Source: Octopus bimaculoides (lineage: Eukaryota). From it: a DNA stretch of 64,000 nucleotides. Below, piece by piece: positions 59,681 to 64,000 of the stretch. The stretch's first letter is position 1. Each line of letters opens with the position of its first letter. The stretch is taken from positions 44,483,755-44,547,754 of the forward strand of contig NC_068995.1 in NCBI RefSeq assembly GCF_001194135.2, read 5' to 3'. The translations under genes and the position numbers were made by a program. The notes below the pieces were generated by a model. It saw nothing but the letters and a program-made list of their open reading frames with translations. It did not search any database and was not told the origin of the DNA.

Positions 59681-62309
59681 AATCCTGCTCTGTATGTATA
59701 TGTGTGTACAATTACAAGTATGTCTACGCTACTATGTACTTCACATCACATGGTAATTGTAAATTAGTATCACCATAAAAAGCAGTGACATTTGTTTCCA
59801 ATCCTCCATGAAAACCTACATAACCATGGGGAAATATTACCTTACTAGAAACCAGGTGAGTTAGCAACAAGGGGATCCTGTTGTAAAAAGTCTGCCTCAA
59901 TGAATTCCATCTGACCCATGCAAGCATGAGAAATTGGTTGTTAAAATGATGTGATTGTGTGTGTGTGTGTGTGTGTTAATTGGGATTGGAATGTTCAATA
60001 CGTCAATGACCATCAGTTTCATCCTCATGTAGGACTCATTAGCTGAGATTGTCTGGGCTGAAATGAAAGTGTTATAGTAATTCATTGTATGACCTTGAAT
60101 CTATCTGTAACAACTTTTTAACTCTGTCTCAAGATAAACATTTACAAATACATTATATCAAGATGAAAGTCAAGTTTCAGATACACTACTAACATGTAAA
60201 TCGGTCGAGAATTCTGAACATTAAAAGGACTTATCTCCTTGTATTTTAATTGTAAAAATGGTTTTGTCAGAAACCTATATTAATTTTGTATGTGAAAATA
60301 TACAGCATTACTTTCTTTTCACTTTCTTCCAGATCGTAAACACCTAGACAAAGGTTTTGCCTGCTAATTGCATGGATAGCCTCAGTTTTCAGTTCATTGC
60401 ATTACACACACAAATACGTGTGTGCGTGAGAGAGAGACTTTATATCCTGTGTGCATTTAGTATAGAGGATCGTCGTCATCATTATTTAACGTCCGTCTTC
60501 CATGCATACATGGGTGGGATGGTTGACAGGAGCCGGCTAGGAATAAAAAATACTCCAGGCTATACATTGCCAGATCAGATTGGAGCCTGGTGCAGCCTCT
60601 GGCTTTCCAGACCTCAGTCAAACCATCCAACCTATGCCAGCATGGAAAACGGACATTAAACGATGATGATGATTATAGCTATAAGTTATCTCTATTTGTT
60701 TACTCTTGTGTTGTTACTTACAATAAGCTGGTGGGTTCCCAAGCAGTATTTGTTTTTGATACTGTTCATACTGCCAGATTAAATAATACTGCCCAGGTGT
60801 CAAAACAATAGTGATATCCATTTGAGCGGCTGATGAGGGGAATGCGCATACATAGTGCTCAGTTGTGAATTTCTTATGTCTTAGTCTCGTTATTCTGGGT
60901 TGTCCGTCAATCTTGGTGGATGCGCAATGGCCCAGTGGTTAGGGCAGCAGACTCGCGGTCGTAGGATCGCGGTTTTGATTCCCAGACCGGGCGTTGTGAG
61001 TGTTTATTAAGCGAAAACACCTAAAGCTCCACAAGGCTCCAGCAGGGGATGGTGGCGAACCCTGCTGTACTCTTTCACCACAACTTTCTCTCACTCTTAC
61101 TTCCTGTTTCTATTGTACCTGTATTTCAAAGGGCCAGCCTTGTCACACTCTGTGTTATGCTGAATCTCCCCGTAACTATGTTGAGGGTACACATGTCTGT
61201 GGAGTGCTCAGCCACTTGCACGTTAATTTCATGAGCAGGCTGTTCTGTTGATCGGATCAACTGGAACCTTCTACGTCATAATCGATGGAGTGCCAACCAC
61301 CTTCAATCTTGGAAAGTCTTTGTGGATTCATAGTTTGTGGGGGATTGCTTGCTTTGTATTGTTTGGCTTTCTTCATAGGTAACTATCAATGCTTAGATAG
61401 TGGTGTCTAGTTTTGGGAGGTACTTATGGCACTTGTGTGTTTTAGAGCTAACCAAAGCCTTGTGAATGGATTTGGTAGATGGAAATTGAAAAATGCCCAT
61501 TGTGTGTGTTAGTGCCTCCTTGTTTTAGCATCACATGATAAATGTAAATGAGCATTGCCATAAAAGCATTCTGGTTCATTTTTAATCCTCCTTGGAAGCC
61601 TGTCCAGCCATGGATTAATGTTATTTGGAAAGGGGTAAGAGTTGGCAACATGAAGGGCATCTGGCCATAGAAAATGTGCCTCGACAAATTCTATCTGACC
61701 CATGCAAGCATGAAAGTGTTCATTGAAGCACTGTTTGTGGGGAGGGGGTTTACTCTTCTACCTACTATAAAATATGCTTCTTTGAGGAGTTCTAACAAAA
61801 CCAAAAGACATCTCCATTGCTTTCATTGACTTTAAAGATGATCTACTTACATCTTCATTTAGGTTTGCCTAAAATGCCAATTAGCTGATCTAACTGCAAT
61901 TAATCTGCTTACTTTTAGATTTTAAATATATATATATAGATGGGTCTCATTTGTGTAATTTACATGCAGTTAATAGGGGGAAAAACTGTATACAAATCTT
62001 ACTTATGCATGGTTTTATTGAAAGTTTCTTAAATCTACAAATATTTTTTCCAGACAGCTTTATCTTTTCTCCATAATAACACAATATACAAAGATATTTG
62101 AGCTTGTGAAATTATTACTTTTCCACTAATTCTTATCGCACATACACCATAGATTAGAAACATTTACATCATACTTGCTGATACACATTCCTGTATCCTG
62201 TTGACCTATTTATATAAAATATCTGGTTTTATTATTCTAGTTGTTTAACCCCAGACCAACCGCTATTGAACATTCCTGCTATAATCATTCTCTCTTTTTC
62301 AATATGAGT

Positions 62310-62695
62310 GGCTGTGTGGTAAGTAGCTTGCTTACCAACCACATGGTTTCAGGTTCAGTCCCACTGCGTGGCACCTTGGGCAAGTGTCTTCTACTATAGC
62401 CTCGGGCCGACCAAAGCCTTGTGAGTGGATTTGGTAGACGGAAACTGAAAGAAGCTCGTCGTATATATGTATGTATGTGTTTGTGTGTCTGTGTTTGTCC
62501 CCCCAACATCGCTTGACAACCGATGCTGGTGTGTTTACGTCCCCATAACTTAGCAATTCAGCAAAAGAGACCGATAGAATAAGTACTAGGCTTACAAAGA
62601 ATAAGTCCTGGGGTCGATTTGCTCTACTAAAGGCAGTGCTCCAGCATGGCCACAGTCAAATGACTGAAACAAGTAAAAGAGTAAAGAGTAAGAGT
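62310..62695 (+). mobile_element. tRNA-derived SINE family B, about 390 bp, with (TAAAAGAG)n tail. Other copies near 1046-1200, 4600-4770(-), 8877-9235(-), 19640-20040, 22310-22550 and 50815-51190
   Basis: Head TGTGTGGTAAG..GGTTCAGTCCC, CORE-like CCTTGGGCAAGT, internal (TG)n and tail AAATGACTGAAACAAGTAAAAGAG. Confidence 0.85.
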
Positions 62696-64000
62696 ATGTT
62701 CCAGTATTTTTTAAACTTTTTATTTTTTTTTTTTGAACAGTCCTCTCATTTTGAACTCAACTTAACTGCTATGTTGAGCAGCTTATGCGGCCATAGAGGC
62801 TTCCTCATTTCTTTGTGTTGTAATTTTGTATAATTAATAGCTACAATGTATTTCAGTTTTAAAGCAAGCTTTTGCCAACTCTCCAAACAAGTCAAAATGT
62901 TTAATCTTTTAAATCACTATAAAGAAATTATCCGATATCTGTTAATGTGATAACTTGTTGTTTTCCACTTAGACTGGTAACCTAATTTGGCTTGTAACAT
63001 TCCACTGTCTTTGAAAAATATTTCCAGCTCCATCTAATAAGTTCTTTGATTATTGGTTTCAAATTTTGGCATGAGGCCATCAATTCTTGGGGTTGGGGTA
63101 AAATCACCATTTGAGCATGATCGTTATCAGCGTCGCCTTACTGGCACGTGAACAAAACATTCGAGCAAGGTCGTTGCCAGTGCCGCTGGACTGACTCCTG
63201 TGCAGGTGGCATGTAAAAGGCACCATTTGAGCATGGCCGTTGCCAGTACCGCCAGACTGGACCTCGTATCGGTGGCACGTAAAAGCAGCCACTACACTCT
63301 TGGAGTGGTTGGCATTAGGAAAGGCATCCAGCTGTAGAAAGTCTGCCAGATCAGAAGGAGCCTGGTGCAGCCATCTGGTTCGCCAGTCCTCAGTCAAATC
63401 GTCCAACCCATGCTAGCATGGAAAGTGAACGTTAAACGATGATGATGATGATGTATGTGTGTGTATGTGTATATATATATATATATGATGATGATGATGA
63501 TGATGATGATATATATATAAACACACTGTGTTTANNNNNNNNNNATATACACACACACACACACTGTATGTATAGACATATATACACATGTGCGCAACAT
63601 ATACACAGGCTTCTTTCATTTTCCATCTACCAAATCCACTCACAAAGGCTGTAGTAGAAGGCACTCATCCAAGGTGCCACACAGTAGGATTGAACTCAGA
63701 ACCATGTTTTTGGATCACAACCATTCCTGATAGTAACTATACTATTTACCACTTCCCTGCCTATCATTATGACCATATAATGCACATGGCTGGATTCACT
63801 AAGTTATGTGGTGCAAAGACCATGTTCTGTGTGTGAAGTTGTATGGTTTTGTTTTTGAAGTTTTTGCTCAAAAATATCAAATTTTGGGGGAAATGTTTTA
63901 TGTAATATCTGCCTTATTTTTGTACCATCATTATCATGTTAGGTCAGAATTTAGTTGCATGTCAGTCATAGTGGGGAGAGAGAGAGAGAGAGAGAGAGAG

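Overview
This is eukaryotic genomic DNA, not prokaryotic. The AT-richness, dense microsatellites, SINE/MITE content and N-gaps point to an octopus (cephalopod) draft assembly, which is an inference. Two spliced genes can be rebuilt from GT-AG boundaries and reading phase. (1) LRRC49 on the + strand, about 9553-32072: 16 coding exons are visible and one required exon probably lies in the N-gap at 16410-16690. (2) Mitochondrial ATP synthase alpha (ATP5F1A) on the - strand, 43384-34437: 10 coding exons, 551 aa, converging on LRRC49. A candidate unidentified + strand gene with a signal-peptide-like first exon (43867-43926) is head-to-head with ATP5F1A across a roughly 480-bp region that holds a ZNF143/Staf-like site and an E-box. 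The rest is tRNA-derived SINEs, (GAT)n-tailed retroposons, piggyBac-like and hAT MITEs, and decayed mariner, hAT and RTE coding relics. There is no CRISPR array, rRNA or credible tRNA gene. The best leads are: genomic codons in ATP5F1A that A-to-I editing would return to the conserved residue, double-tailed retroposon foldbacks and other long inverted repeats, a lineage-specific repeat exon in LRRC49, a tandemly repeated splice acceptor, and two candidate unannotated divergent genes. I found nothing that can be firmly called a new biological system. All of these leads are hypotheses that need RNA data. All homology calls are from memory, without database searches.
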